Shown here in pieces: positions 38,386 through 52,212 of a stretch of DNA of 64,000 nucleotides. The stretch is from Adineta vaga (Eukaryota; Animalia; Rotifera): contig CP075494.1 of NCBI GenBank assembly GCA_021613535.1, forward strand, positions 10,416,001-10,480,000. Reading direction: 5' to 3'. How positions within the stretch are numbered: the first letter of the stretch is position 1; every line of letters starts with the position of its first letter. Both the position numbers and the translations under genes were made by a program. The notes under the pieces were generated by a model that ran no database searches, was not told where the DNA came from, and was given only the letters and a program-made list of their open reading frames with translations.

Positions 38386-41071
38386 ATGTCTACTCAATCG
38401 ACTCCATCCCTAGGCATTGAATTTAGTACAATTCGAAGTGTCAAAGATGCATTGACACTTGCTTCAACTCAAAAGTAGATACTATGTTTTTCTTCTTCAT
38501 TGATTATTTCATAATCTTCTTTCTCTTATAAGATATGATTTTCTTGTTATACCAATTATTCGAAAACAATATGGTACTGATCTCTTAACTACTTATGGTT
38601 CTAAACAATTAGCTTGGCCAGCAATTGCCAGTCGATTGAAAGGTGTTGGCGAAAGTGCAGGTATAAAGATTATAATTGAATATTTACATCTTTTCTATCC
38701 AAACATTCTTTTAGACATGTCCACTGCATTGGTCGCTCTCATTCGACATGTTATTGATGTAGATTCACCCAATCTTCATATCCGAAATAAAGCAACTAAA
38801 GTAAAGAGAATTGTATTCTAAATTTAGACTGAACTTTAGTTGATTTAGTTATTACAAGAAGAACTTGCTGCTGCTCAATATTTCAGTGTTGCACGTGTTA
38901 TTATTCGTATTCGAAATGGAAATATTACTAATTTAATTCGAATCGCTGCTAGTACATTGAATACTTTATATTTTGCTGTAAGAATCTTAATCAATATTTT
39001 TAAAAGTGTATTCTTTTTCTTTTTCCAGTATTGGTTTGTTTTTCCAACACATTCTGCACAAGGACTTGATACGAATGTTGCTGCTGATGATGATGAAGCA
39101 GAATTACAACCATGGCTGTGGTGGAATAAAATCTATAAATTACTCGATTATCATGGAAAAGTCTATCCAGTATTAGGTATGAAGTTATTTGATTCTTCTT
39201 TTATGATTCTTTTTTCATTGATTAATTAGAATTATCGGCTGATGTTCCAAGTGAACAAGCACAAAAACGTTGGTTAGGTGAACCAGTACGTGCTGTGATA
39301 CTACCAACGAAAATATTTACAACGAATGCAAAGGGTTTTCCAGTTCTTTCACCTGGTCATCAATTATTTATAATAAAATTAATTAAAGTAAGCATTTTCC
39401 ATAGAATAAACAAATTAATGTTTTAGAATTGATTTAGCTTAAAGTTCAATTTATAATCAAAGGAATTAATCCAAGAGATTCCATGTTATTCGAACCTTAT
39501 CTACAATATCTTAAACATGTGACACGAGTAAGGACTATTTTAAAGAATTTACATAAAAGAATTTGATTTATTCAATATATTAGCAAACAGAACCAACGAA
39601 TCGTGTATTGGAATCATTTACTCATGGTTATGAAGATCGATTGCAAGTACCACTTCAACCATTAGCTGATAATTTGGAATCTCGAACATATGAAATCTTT
39701 GAAAAAGATCCAATTAAATATGTGCAATATGAAAATGTTTGTCAGATTAAAATTAAACATTTAATCATAGTTTTTCGATTTTGTATAGGCAATTTATCAA
39801 GCATTAATTGATCGATATGATCCCAAAACACTTGTGTCAGTACATTTGAATTCATTAGAAAATGAAAATGATTGTCATGTGATAAACATAATTTTATCTA
39901 TATTTTTAGGACTATTATGGTAGTTGGTTCTGGTCGTGGTCCATTAGTGAATCGAGCACTTGAAGCAGCTGATCGAGCAAAATTTAAAGTTCATATCTAT
40001 GCTGTCGAAAAGAATCCTATGGCAATTATATCGTAAGTAAAATAATCTCTATGAATGTTAAAATGTTAAAACTTTATCTTGTAGACTTCATGCTCAAAAA
40101 CAAGGATGGGGTAAGCGAGTGACTATTATTCATGAGGATATGCGTTCATGGCAACCAGAATGTAAAGCTGATATTATGGTTAGTGAACTATTAGGTTCAT
40201 TTGGTGATAATGAATTATCACCAGAATGTCTCGATGGTGCTCAACGTTATTTAAAAGGTTCATGATTTCGAATTAGAATTTCATTTTTCTAACAGAAATT
40301 CTTTTAGAAAATGGTATTAGTATTCCTTATTCATATACTTCATTCATTTGTCCAATACAATCACCACGTATTTATTCCGAATTACTCTACAATCGAGATG
40401 CAAATAAACCTCACTTTGTAAAACAATGAAACTTTTACGAAAACTTTTATTCATAATGATGAATTTCAATTTAGGCTAATTTTGAAACACCATTTGTTGT
40501 TTATCTACATAATTGTTTTTTCTTGGCAGAAACTAAACCATTGTTTAATTTTACACATCCGAATTTTTCAAGTAAAATACTGATAATTGTTTACATATAA
40601 CTTCTCTAATAATATCTTCTTTTAGCACCTATCGATAATTCCAGATATGGTGAAGTAGAATTCACAATACCAACAACAGGTACTATGCATGGATTCGCTG
40701 GATTTTTCGATGCTAAATTGTATAAAGATATAGCTATTAGTAAGTTGAATCTCGTTCAACGCTAAACAACAATAATAATCTATATTCATTTTAGGTATTG
40801 AACCAACTACGCATTCGAAAAATTTAATCAGTTGGTTTCCAATGTTCTTTCCTATTCGAGTAAAAATGAAAATGAATGGTTTCTATTCGAAATCTAGATT
40901 GTTTAATTCTATTCATAGGAACCAATAACTTTATTAGCTAATTCAAAGATAAAAGTAAATTTTTGGCGTTGTTGTTCATCATCTCAAGTTTGGTATGAAT
41001 GGACAATGGTTGAGCCAACAACATTACCTATACATAATCCAAATGGTCGATCGTTTTCTATTGGAAAATAG
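38386..41071 (+). CDS. PRMT5: Protein arginine N-methyltransferase 5 (many short exons)
   Basis: [79 protein letters not shown] and HNPNGRS. Confidence 0.96.
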
Positions 41072-41507
41072 AAATTCTATTTTCACATCAATTAGTTCTT
41101 GTTATTTCATCTCAGATAGTGATTTCTTTCTCGTGATATCGAACTGTGAAAGATTGTTATTCGTTTTCTTTATTTTTTTCTTCTTCTTCGTCTCCTTTCA
41201 GTGTTGTTTATTTTCATTAATGATCATACGAGTATTACTACTGTCTTTTGATTGAAAAAAATAAGACAATAGAAGAAAGTAAAATAGCGTCATTCTACAA
41301 TCAGTGATGTATACTTTGCTCACAAGATTACAGTGAACGTTCAAATACACATTTGTTTATTTTATTAGAAAAAAAGAATTCATTCACATTTTTCTCATCT
41401 GAAATGAATCGGTGCAAAAATTCTAAAACTCACCTTGTGATTGTATTTTCTATTTAAAATTCGTGCTCTTTGTGAAAAAATTAAGATATCTCGATATTAC
41501 ATTACAT

Positions 41508-44333
41508 TTAAAGTTTACTAATTGTTTGAATTGAATCTAATTCATGTTCGGATGTTGAACAACTACGTTGTTCATTATCTTGAGAGACATTAAATATATC
41601 CGATTCCGCTTTAAAAGGTGTTGGTTGTTTGTTTTTCGCTCGCCATTCCGCGATTTTTTGACTTAAAGCACCTGTACTTAATGATCCTTCTAATGATAAA
41701 TCTGTATCTTCGCAATGTAGACATCGACGGCGAAATGTTGTCCATAAGAAAGATAACCATCGAAATAAGGGTGTAAAGTAGAGTTTAATTATAAGAAATG
41801 AAAAAGCAAATAATTCAATACATAACGATGTAAATAATAAACCATGAAAAATTAATTCAGCTGTACGAACGATCGGTTGCTGAATATTTTTCATATAAAA
41901 TGGACGTTCATCAAGCATAACTTGAATTATCGTTAATGATGCTGTATAACGTAGATAATTACCAAAATCCGTATAATAATCTTCATCGGATAATGATATT
42001 GTACTAAATGTTGGCATCCATATACCGGAATATTGTGTTGAATCAGATTGTTCAAGGGCTTGTGTCATATTGATATTTTTAATAAAGACAATTGGAACAT
42101 AGATAAGTCTTCCAATAGCTTCATTGGGTGTACCATAAAATTCACAAAAATCCATTTCGCGTAATATATAATTTGTACTCACTTGACCTCGTCCTCGAAT
42201 ACATATTCGAAAGGCACCCATCCAATATGGACCACTCATATTGATTTGTACGGTTGTTAAATGTTTTGGAAGAGGAACAGTTACATATGTAGTTGCTTGT
42301 TCAGTCGATTGTCGACAATCCATTGTTAAGGGAACATATTTTGAACTAACAAGATTTTCTTGTGTTGTGATAGAATCACATGCAAAGCCAGTATTAACTA
42401 ATTCAATTGTTAAATTAAATGCTTGTTGATCAAGTAAAGTAAACATTGGTTGAGCTTCTTCAGACTTAGGAATAGCAAGTAATTCAAGACCGGTAGAAAA
42501 TTGAGCATTGAGTATACTTTGATCACATGCAAAAGTAGCTGGTTCATTAACACTTTCAATCGGATAACGTCGAATGAATGATGCGGAAAACCAATACGAG
42601 AACGAAACGAGAACAATAATTGATAATGTTGCTAATCCACCAATCCACATTTCTCCTTCACCAATGATATCTGTTTGTTTGAAGAGTTGTCGAGCTTTTT
42701 TTCCACATTTTATAAATAATTTACATCCACATAGATGAGTAATGAGCATAAATAAGAGAAATAGAACACATAAACCACTGACAACAATTGTCCAAAGAAT
42801 AGGAGAAATAATTAAACAATGTGGATTAGTACTTAGTTGAAAGACATTTTTAATCAAAAGATCTTCGACATCAGTTGTATCACCAGATTCTGGATAAGCA
42901 ACAGCTTGACTATATGAATTTATTGAACTCGTATCGATATCCGCTAATGATGATAACGGACAAAAACCGGATGACGAACTATTCAAACAAGGAATGCATT
43001 GAGTAATACCATACGGAAGTGTTCCAGGATTTCGAGTGTTTGGGGGACAAATTTGACAAGGACCAACACTAGTCATATTCTTATATGTTCCACCAATACA
43101 AAATTTTGGAACATAATAAAAGACAAAAACACGTTCTGTAGTATCGATCCAACGTGATGCATAGCCAGGTGCTGCATTTGGAATAACTAAAATATCAGCA
43201 CTACTAGTCAGTATAGCCATATTACCTTGAATAGTAATACTAAATCGAGCAAAAGATGGACGTGATAAACGACTACCTAGAATTTGCTGATTATTAGGAA
43301 AACTAAAGATAGGTGATGTCATTGTAATATAATTTTCATCATAAAAGAATATTTGTGTTTTTGACCAAACTGTATCATATGGATTTTCAACTAATACCGC
43401 CAATGTCGTATCATCTGCCCAATCAACAACACGTCCAACAGAAGTCGAATCAATGAATGATAAAACATGTATACGACTAACATTTAAAACTGTTCCAATT
43501 TTATAAAGTACAGCGATTGTTGCCAGACGTTGTACGCCAACAACGACTTTATTACCACGAATACCAACAGATAATTCATAAGCATAATTATATGTTGTCA
43601 CATCTGATGGAATTAAAAATGTTGATTCACTTGTAATTGGTACACATGATGCTTTTCCAAATGTAGTCAGATTAACTAAACATCCAAGTGCTGCATAATC
43701 TTTTTTATATTCAATCGTATATCCATAGCCAGCAACAATTGCCCAATCATCAGCGACATCCATTCCATGTGGAATAAAACCTTGAGCTGGCCAAATAGCT
43801 TCCGTAGTCGTATTTACTACATAGACATTCGCATAGACATCTAAGTTGAATACAAACGTACTAGTAAAACCATACGCATGCGTTCCATTCTTATTAACAC
43901 CAATTAGAAAATATTCTTGATGATTATCAGGTCCAGACATATCAGTACACAAATTTCGCGAAATACATGATTCAACAATAATACCAATACAAACATAAGG
44001 AGTCTTTGTTGATATTCTTTCTGCCGCAAAAACGAACATAAATTGTGTATTATTAACCGTACTATTTTTCGCAATACCAATTACAGCAACACTATGAACA
44101 AAACGATCCGTTGTATTAAATCTCATATTACATCGTACTGGTCCACCAGCAGTAGCATTTCGATATGGATACATAAGAACGGCAAAATTCGAGAAAGAAT
44201 TCGATGCCGAAACAAACATATCATCATTAACAGACATTTTCGTCCCGGGAGATACATTACTTATATCATATTGACACCACGCTACTGGATACAAAATCAG
44301 AAGAAGAATTTCAATGCGTAGAAATATTTCCAT
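41508..44333 (-). CDS. Intronless 941-aa multi-pass membrane protein with large ectodomains
   Basis: Signal peptide, beta-rich ectodomain, Cys-rich GCC2/3 (ephrin-receptor-like) repeat CIGGTYKN...CQICPPNT, TM1 and TM2 as a hairpin, a second ~240-aa ectodomain, TM3 and a short tail. Confidence 0.85.
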   Translation of the reverse strand: MEIFLRIEILLLILYPVAWCQYDISNVSPGTKMSVNDDMFVSASNSFSNFAVLMYPYRNATAGGPVRCNMRFNTTDRFVHSVAVIGIAKNSTVNNTQFMFVFAAERISTKTPYVCIGIIVESCISRNLCTDMSGPDNHQEYFLIGVNKNGTHAYGFTSTFVFNLDVYANVYVVNTTTEAIWPAQGFIPHGMDVADDWAIVAGYGYTIEYKKDYAALGCLVNLTTFGKASCVPITSESTFLIPSDVTTYNYAYELSVGIRGNKVVVGVQRLATIAVLYKIGTVLNVSRIHVLSFIDSTSVGRVVDWADDTTLAVLVENPYDTVWSKTQIFFYDENYITMTSPIFSFPNNQQILGSRLSRPSFARFSITIQGNMAILTSSADILVIPNAAPGYASRWIDTTERVFVFYYVPKFCIGGTYKNMTSVGPCQICPPNTRNPGTLPYGITQCIPCLNSSSSGFCPLSSLADIDTSSINSYSQAVAYPESGDTTDVEDLLIKNVFQLSTNPHCLIISPILWTIVVSGLCVLFLLFMLITHLCGCKLFIKCGKKARQLFKQTDIIGEGEMWIGGLATLSIIVLVSFSYWFSASFIRRYPIESVNEPATFACDQSILNAQFSTGLELLAIPKSEEAQPMFTLLDQQAFNLTIELVNTGFACDSITTQENLVSSKYVPLTMDCRQSTEQATTYVTVPLPKHLTTVQINMSGPYWMGAFRICIRGRGQVSTNYILREMDFCEFYGTPNEAIGRLIYVPIVFIKNINMTQALEQSDSTQYSGIWMPTFSTISLSDEDYYTDFGNYLRYTASLTIIQVMLDERPFYMKNIQQPIVRTAELIFHGLLFTSLCIELFAFSFLIIKLYFTPLFRWLSFLWTTFRRRCLHCEDTDLSLEGSLSTGALSQKIAEWRAKNKQPTPFKAESDIFNVSQDNEQRSCSTSEHELDSIQTISKL

Positions 44334-46700
44334 CTATAATATAAGGAAAAAAAGGAAATGTCGTGTACATTACTCTCGCATTTTACTTCACTGAATGATA
44401 AAAGAAAGTATGACAAGAACTGAAAACGTAAAAGATATAAACATAAATGAAAAGTGATAGATGTTTTTCTGATTAAACATTTCTCTTCATTATGAACACA
44501 AACCATAGAAAAATCTTCATCTTTCAAAATATTTTGAATCCATACATACATTCATTATTGATTACTTCAGTTTCAGATAGCTTCGAAGTTACTTAATAAT
44601 ACCAAATAATCTCTCAACTGTTAGATAGAATTGCATTTCATAAGATTTCATATCCTCAGAAACACGTACAAATGAATGTACTCAGTACATTATTTTGTTC
44701 TTCGTCAAGAAATCGAAATTTTTTTTTATATAGATACAATAATAAACAAACTTACCAATACAAAATACAAACGGTATTTACAAAAAATCATTTCAATGTA
44801 AGATTTACTCCTCGAAGAAATGCAAAAAATTTCATCGTAATTATCGACAATTATTCGATAATCAAACTGTCAACTTTTCTTTTTTAATATGACACACATT
44901 CTCTCTTCTCGACTTAACAATTACTTTCCTAACAAAACATTCAATGCATATATATATCCGTTGGCCTACTTGTTGAATTCTTAGCTTTTTAAATATTTCT
45001 AAACAATAGTTCTGTTTATTAAATATGATTACAAATCCGTACATTTACTTCTTTTATATAAAATAGAAAAGATGATAGAATGTAAATTTGAAATCTTCGT
45101 AACCGATTGTTTTTGATTGAATCGGTAATAATTAATTCTTATTTTATAAATCAACAAAAAATACAACGGAACTAATATGATTATATATTAATAAGGAAAT
45201 AACAAAGCTCAAGTAAACTATGAGTGATAATTTTAGAAATACATGTTTGACAAGTGAATAAACTACTGAATTGTTCTTACTTTTTATCGGCGAAGATGTA
45301 CTCCTATTTTGACATGTAGATTCCCTTCAAATAAAACAAACTTCTTCTAATAGTTACGCAAACAAAACAACGACATTTTTGTATCTTCAATCGACTCGAA
45401 TCTCAGCTTACCTGAATTGTGTCAGCAAACGTTATTTTTCCTACGTAGATAAAAAAATGAATTGATCAATAGTATTTTCGAACATTTTATATTGACAGAA
45501 GCAAAATGTTTTAACAAAAAATAATGGATGTAAAGTGCTTGTTTATTGAATATGTATTTGTGTCAAGTTAAATTAAGTGTCCCTGACTCATCAAGTGGAA
45601 TCCCACTATTTTCTTGATAATTGATGGCAAATGATCCTTTATTTTTCGTCTATAAATATCCATTTGTATTTCAAATCAATGTTTAACAATATGTTTTCTT
45701 AGTACAATTATGAGCTTGAATGTTATGAACTTTAGACTGAGTCGAGGTCAAATGTCGTCGAATGTTCATTTATTCTTAAAATAAACATATCATATGTGAT
45801 ATGATGATTTCAAAGTAAATTATAATGCTTAGATTTTCTTTTCCCCGGAAAAACAGCTTCATAATAAAAAATTCTAATTGTATATTGAATATTTTAATCA
45901 AGACATTTCTATTAACTTTGAAGAATACTCAACAACAAATAAGATTCTTTCCTTGTTTTCCTATAATTAAATCGTTTCTAGGATTTCTTTGTTTAGAAAC
46001 TTGAATATCAACATATAAAGGTGTATGTCACTGTAATTCTTAACTATTCATTTCTATTAGACATCAGACAATCGAATTGATTAGATTGTCTGATACGAAT
46101 ACAATTATTCTCTCAGCATGAATTCATTTCAATTTCTATAAACAAACGCACAATCAAATATCTACGAATACATATGACTCAACATTGCATATATTATTAT
46201 TTATCTTACAATTGTTTTTATGAAATATTTTGAGTCATATACACCGATAATACACTCATATTATTTGAAACGTTTCGAAAAAACAAAACACTTATGAGTT
46301 ATGACACTCTAATGCCTTTCTCGATGTTTCTTTTTGTTTTTGACACAAGCGGACTGACATTTGAAATAATCCTGTTTCAATTTCTTTTCTTAATAGTTGT
46401 TTCTAAATAAAGCTTCTTCGTCTTTTATTTTTTGTGAAAGAGAATAGAAGAAGAAGAACAATTTTTTCTTTCTTTCTTTCTATTGGTTAAAATATTCTAC
46501 ATTAACGACGTTCTTCAGCCTTCGCCATGATTTTTTTCACTTATCTTTTGTTTATTTCTTTTCATCATTCATCGTAAAAGACTTAAAACAGCTGTTTATT
46601 CACGTAACTTTAATTTTTTTCATTTGAATTGACTTTTTATCTTAATGTCGTGTTATTTTCTTCTTCTCTAAAGATATTTACTTTTGACAAATATAAAATT

Positions 46701-48786
46701 ATGTATACCTCATCTGATCCAAACTTACCTGATTTGGATTTTGAACTTGTTGATGAAAGACAACAAAGCATGTATTTGAATGAAGCAATGATCAAGGAAC
46801 TTTTATCATCACCTCCGTCGTCATATCGTATTGATAAATCAACGTATGTTTAAAGAAAAAAAGTCTTTTTTTTTCCTATGCAATGTTTTATTTCATTCAG
46901 AAATCCAAACAAACGAAGTATTCCGAATCAACTTCGTCGACAATTAGTAAATGTTTCGAAAGAAGAAAACAAATCATCTAATTTGATTTCTTCTTTTCTA
47001 GACTGATGAAAGTCCACATAAACAACGAACACCACCAAATTCAACTGGAACAAGTTTATCTCCAAATCAAACCTCGTATCTAATACGAGATACAAATCCA
47101 ATTCGAATCACAAATGCATCAAATACAATGCGAATGTCATCATCTGCCACAACCAAACAATTGGATTCCGTTACATTATTACTTAAACAAACAATTGCAC
47201 CTTCATCAACTATTCAAGTAATTGACATCATTTCATTCTCAAGAAATTTCATTCTTTCGTATCTTTTGTAGACAGTTCAAACACGCTTGGAAAATCCCAC
47301 ACGTTATCATTTGGAACAAATAAGTCGAAAACAAACATTGGTTGCTGATGATTTTCCCGACGCACATTCATCAATAGTATGTCAACAGTATCAATCTAAC
47401 AAATCTTTGCATATTTCTATTTTAGTTACCACAAGAAGAATCATCACCGGACAGTGAAATAACATCGGAGGTTAGCATTTGTACTTGCAAAATTGACTTA
47501 TAATTTTCTCGTCTGTAGATGGATGATCAGCTTAATGATGAAGCAACATGCGGTAGTGTTGACAGTAATACCCATGGTATTAGTATAACACCACGAGTAA
47601 AGATTTTCTTTTATAGAGATTTTTGAACAAAAACATCTTTGACTTTTTTTTGCAGTTATCCACAACAGTTGCTGGTGATCATCCTGGTTCAGTATTTTTA
47701 TCATCGTCATTATCTAAAGATGGTTTAGATAGTAGTAGTCGACACTCATCATCATGTCCAACGAATATTTTAAGTGCAAAAGCAAAAATTGGTTTACCAC
47801 TAACTGAAGATGAAATGCGTCTTGTTCTTCGTGATCGTCAAAAGAAAGACAATCATAATATGAGTACGTACATTTAAGATGAAAATTAGTTTTCCAAGTG
47901 TTCTATTTTAGTTGAACGTCGCCGTCGTTTCAATATCAATGATCGCATTAAAGAACTCGGTACACTTTTACCAAAAGGCGCTGAATTGTAAGTAAAATAT
48001 GGACATTAGAAATGTTATTTATTCAGGTGTTTTACATTGAGATCGTCTGAGAAGATAAAAAAATACAATTAATTAACTTGCTCTTTTTTTAACCTTTGAT
48101 CAGATGAGATTTATTTTGATTAAGTTCTGATTAATCAAAGGATTATTTCTTAAACAAGTTCTGTTGTTTTAAAGAGATACAAAACAAAATAAAGGAACAA
48201 TCTTACGTGCATCAGTTGATTATATCAAGATTTTACGTCGTCAATATGACAATGCATCATTAATTGATGAAAAATGTCATGTACTATCTGAACAAAATTT
48301 TGCATTACAAGAACGAATTAAAGTTTGTTTTAACAAATTTCCTTTTTTTATTTTTGCATTTCAAAATCAAATTCAATTTAGGAATTAGAACGTAAATGTT
48401 TAGCAAATGGTATTCCAGTCAATTCAATGGTATCGATGCCAACAACAACATCATCCGCATCAACAATGATGAAAAGTTCACCAGCTATTTCTATGAACAA
48501 TTCAAATATTGTTAAACAAGAACCATCATCATTATCATCATCATTAAATAATAATAATAATCCATTAGTTCCTCCGTCAACACCAATATTTGCCACGTTC
48601 GACTCTCTTCCACCGCTTGATGCACTTTCAGTATTTGGTCTTGTTGATGAAGATAGTAATGATACAAATAGTGCAGTGGGTAATACATCAACTGATCCCC
48701 TTTCCCCACTTACACATGATCCATTTTTATCTTCTGCATCGTTTGGTTTTGACAATGAAATGGATATTGGAGGAGGTTTTCCGTAA
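46701..48786 (+). CDS. Mitf: MiT/TFE family bHLH-Zip transcription factor (MITF/TFEB-like)
   Basis: [14 protein letters not shown]-terminal motif, HSSSCP motif, and b[35 protein letters not shown]...[16 protein letters not shown] followed by a zipper. Confidence 0.95.
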
Positions 48787-50758
48787 TGAGTTTCGTTCAT
48801 TTTTTCTTCGTCTCCTCACATTTGCTCAACCTTTTCTTTTTTTGTAAATATTGTTTAAAGAAAGAAAAGAATGACAAAGAACAGCTTGCTGCTACTACAA
48901 AACAGTACTTCTGTGAATACATTTATTTGGTGCTAGCAAGCATCATATTTCGTTCTTAGTTTTCTTTTTGTTCTCTTAAACATCATCTATCCCCACACGC
49001 ATCTACCTCATCCGTGTGATACGCATATATAAATATAAATATAAATATATATATATATAGAGAGAGAGAGACAGAGATGGAAAAAAATGTATTTCTTTGT
49101 ATTATTATTATTATTATCATTATTATCATTATTATGATTATTCGAGTGTGTTTTGTATAGTGTATAATTTTTATTTGTGTGTATATATATATAGATGTAT
49201 ATGATCGAACAGTGGTGTTGTCATTATCTTCTATTTATCGTAATCATTATACTGTGAAAAAAATAAAACACTGTGCATGCATTGATATTAGATACACCAA
49301 TAAACATTTTCTTCTTGTTGATTTTTTTTTCGAACGTGAAGATTGATGATTAGGATAACTTTGATAGGAAGAGAGTTATCTTGTCACATATAACCTTGAC
49401 ATAGAGATTTTTTTCTTTTTCCCGTTCTCGTCGAGAAAATCCTTGATTATAAAATTCAATTAACTCGACTTTTGTTCTTTTATTTGTCAATGCAGTTTTC
49501 TGAAGTTTTCTAATGCTTCGCGAACAAGCGATTTCCTGATCCGATATGGAAGATAATTTGATTAATTCTCTAATCATAATAGAAACATAAACAAATCAAT
49601 TGTCATTTCTCAACTATCATAATAGAACTTTTAGTTTCGTCGAGATAAAATGATGATATTTTTTCTATTTTGAAAATTAATCAACATAATACTTTGAAAT
49701 TCTGGTTTTTCTATTATCTTAAGAACTCTTAAACCATCGAACATGTGTTTTATCTAATATTTATGCTGAAATTGACGTCATTGATGCCGAGAACGATGAT
49801 AAAAGTAAATCATATATTTAATAAAGAATACTATTCATTGATTATATGGAGCGTTCTCAAGCCAAAGAGACAGATGTTTGTTTGAAGGATGCTCATATTC
49901 ATCTCTAAGAACACATCTGCCGACGTATGAATAGAATCATGTCTGATAAGATCGAATCGTGTTTTTGTTTCATGTAACCTTTCATCCTACCTATGATAAG
50001 GAGAAAAAGTACAAAGTATTGTTTTGTCATATTTCAAGAAAAATAGAGATCCTTGTATTCAATAAATTTATTTTTGATAAAAAATGACACAGCCATTTGA
50101 CTGTATGTCAAGAAATATATTTTTATCAATCGAATGAAAAACTGAAATAATTGTTGATGGATAGTGAAGATATTTTGTCACAATGACAGTAATTCAGAAT
50201 GATTGATTACATGCCATCGATTTGAAATATAATGTATGTCGAAAACAAAATTTCATCCACTTCATAGAAACAGTTGATACTTATTTTTGACCTGAATAAA
50301 TTACCATAATCAGAAAATATTTTCAATAAAATCAGAACTTATATTATAAGACTATCTTTCGATCTATTACATTCTGTTGTATTCTAATGGAATATCTGTG
50401 ATGTCATTCAAATTTTCGATACTTTTTTCTTGCACTATTTCATGTGTTACTATAATACTATTATATTAATCATATACAAAGAGCACTAAAGCATTCGATA
50501 TCCTTTTACTGTGGTTAACAATCAGTATGACAACATTACTTTGTTTATTTCACCGGAGAGAAAATAAATGACCTTGAATCTTTGCTCTGCACTTTACGTT
50601 TAGAATCGTGTTTAGTTTAAGAACAAAAAAGGTAAAAGTCTTTCAACTATATTCTTCAATACATTATGTATTACATCAATGAATAATGTCATATTATGAC
50701 TACATAATAATAAATTAGTATACAAGAGATTTTTTGTACAAGATATTATCACGATGAT

Positions 50759-52212
50759 CTATACGAATGTATTTGTTGGTGAACCTTTGACAGCAAGTAT
50801 TGATGAATTTGTCATTTCATAAAATGGTTTTCCCGAATGTGTTGGTGTTTGTCGAATGAGGGATTTAGGTTCAATATAGTGTCCTAATTGAGCTAGATCA
50901 ATAAATTTTCGATTGGATAATGGAGAAGACGGAAGAGGAACGAACATATTTCTTCCTTGATATGAAACAAATGAATCACTATAAGTTGATGAATCTTCAG
51001 TTGATGAAGCACCACTCGACGAAATTAATGAATATAAATTATCATTCGAATAGCGATGAATATCTAATGTAACTGTATGTTTTAAATGTCTGAAGGAATA
51101 ACGAAAACATTTCGATTAGAAATTTCTCAATGGATTGAAATTCTTACCGTATTATATTCGCTACAGTTCGTTGTTGTGCACGTGAAACATTTTGACCATT
51201 AATTTTAACAACATAATCACCTGATTTCAATCCCGAATAAGCAGCTGAACTATTTTCATTAACTTTTCCAATAAAAGTCGGATTATCACCGATTACAGTA
51301 AAGCCAAATGAATCATTTGTACCACGTGAAATTGTAAACTGAAAAAGAAAACAAATGAAAAGATAATGAAATTGACACGTATGTCAAACGTTTATTGCCC
51401 TATCAATCTGTCAAACAAATAATAGAAATACTGTTCTTTCCTATATTCAATTGTTTTCCTTACCAATCTCAATATTTCGGACATCTCATCAATTTAATGT
51501 CATAGCTATTTCCGCCAGCTGTATTTCTTTCAACGAATCATTTTGTTTTTCCTAGACAATCCGGATGTTTTCTTTTTACACTGTATTATTCTACATTGAG
51601 TGGAAGAAAAGATAATAACATACTTGATATTCTTGAAGATTTGCAATATCGCGATTAATTTTCGTCACTTGTTTATCGAGTTGATTCGTTAACTGTTTAT
51701 GACGTAATTCACCAATATCTTCTTGTAATAAATAAAACCATCCTTCAATCTATAATGAAAACATATTCAAAATCAAATCAAAAATTGTTTTCATAATTAC
51801 TTTTTGTTTTTTTAATGTATTTCGTATTCCAAAAGATAAACAACCTTGTAGAATCATTTGATTTTGTTCACATTTATAAGTATAAACTGAACAACATAAA
51901 CGTTTATGTATGTCATCATTATTGATTTCAAATGTAAATTTTTCATTAAAAATGCCTTGACCATTGCGATTCGGAATCGTACGTGTATGACATTCTAATG
52001 GTTTACGATCGGGAATAAATGTAATACGTACAAGAAGATTCGATAAAGATGATTGTAAACCTTTTACTTGAAGAACTAAGAAGAAAAATAAGATTGATAA
52101 ATGAATAAATAATTCTTTTCTTTAAATAGTTACTTTTCAATGTTAAATGATTGTCGGATGTAGAGAGATTCAACTGAATAATTCCTGCTGTTGATCGTGG
52201 TTGCTTACTCAT
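50759..52212 (-). CDS. C2-PDZ protein resembling the RGS3 (C2PA) N-terminus, without an RGS domain; 5 exons
   Basis: Spliced: GIIQLNLS...LQVKGL...FNEKFTF...DIHKRL...GCLSFGI...IEGWFYLL (RGS3-type C2), then SFGFTVIGDNPTFIGKV...AAYSGLKSGDYVVKINGQNV (PDZ). Ends ...NTFV*. Confidence 0.8.

Noticed and set aside
48378-48800. 140-aa antisense ORF over the Mitf last exon
   Set aside because: Antisense shadow produced by TCA/AAT codon bias.
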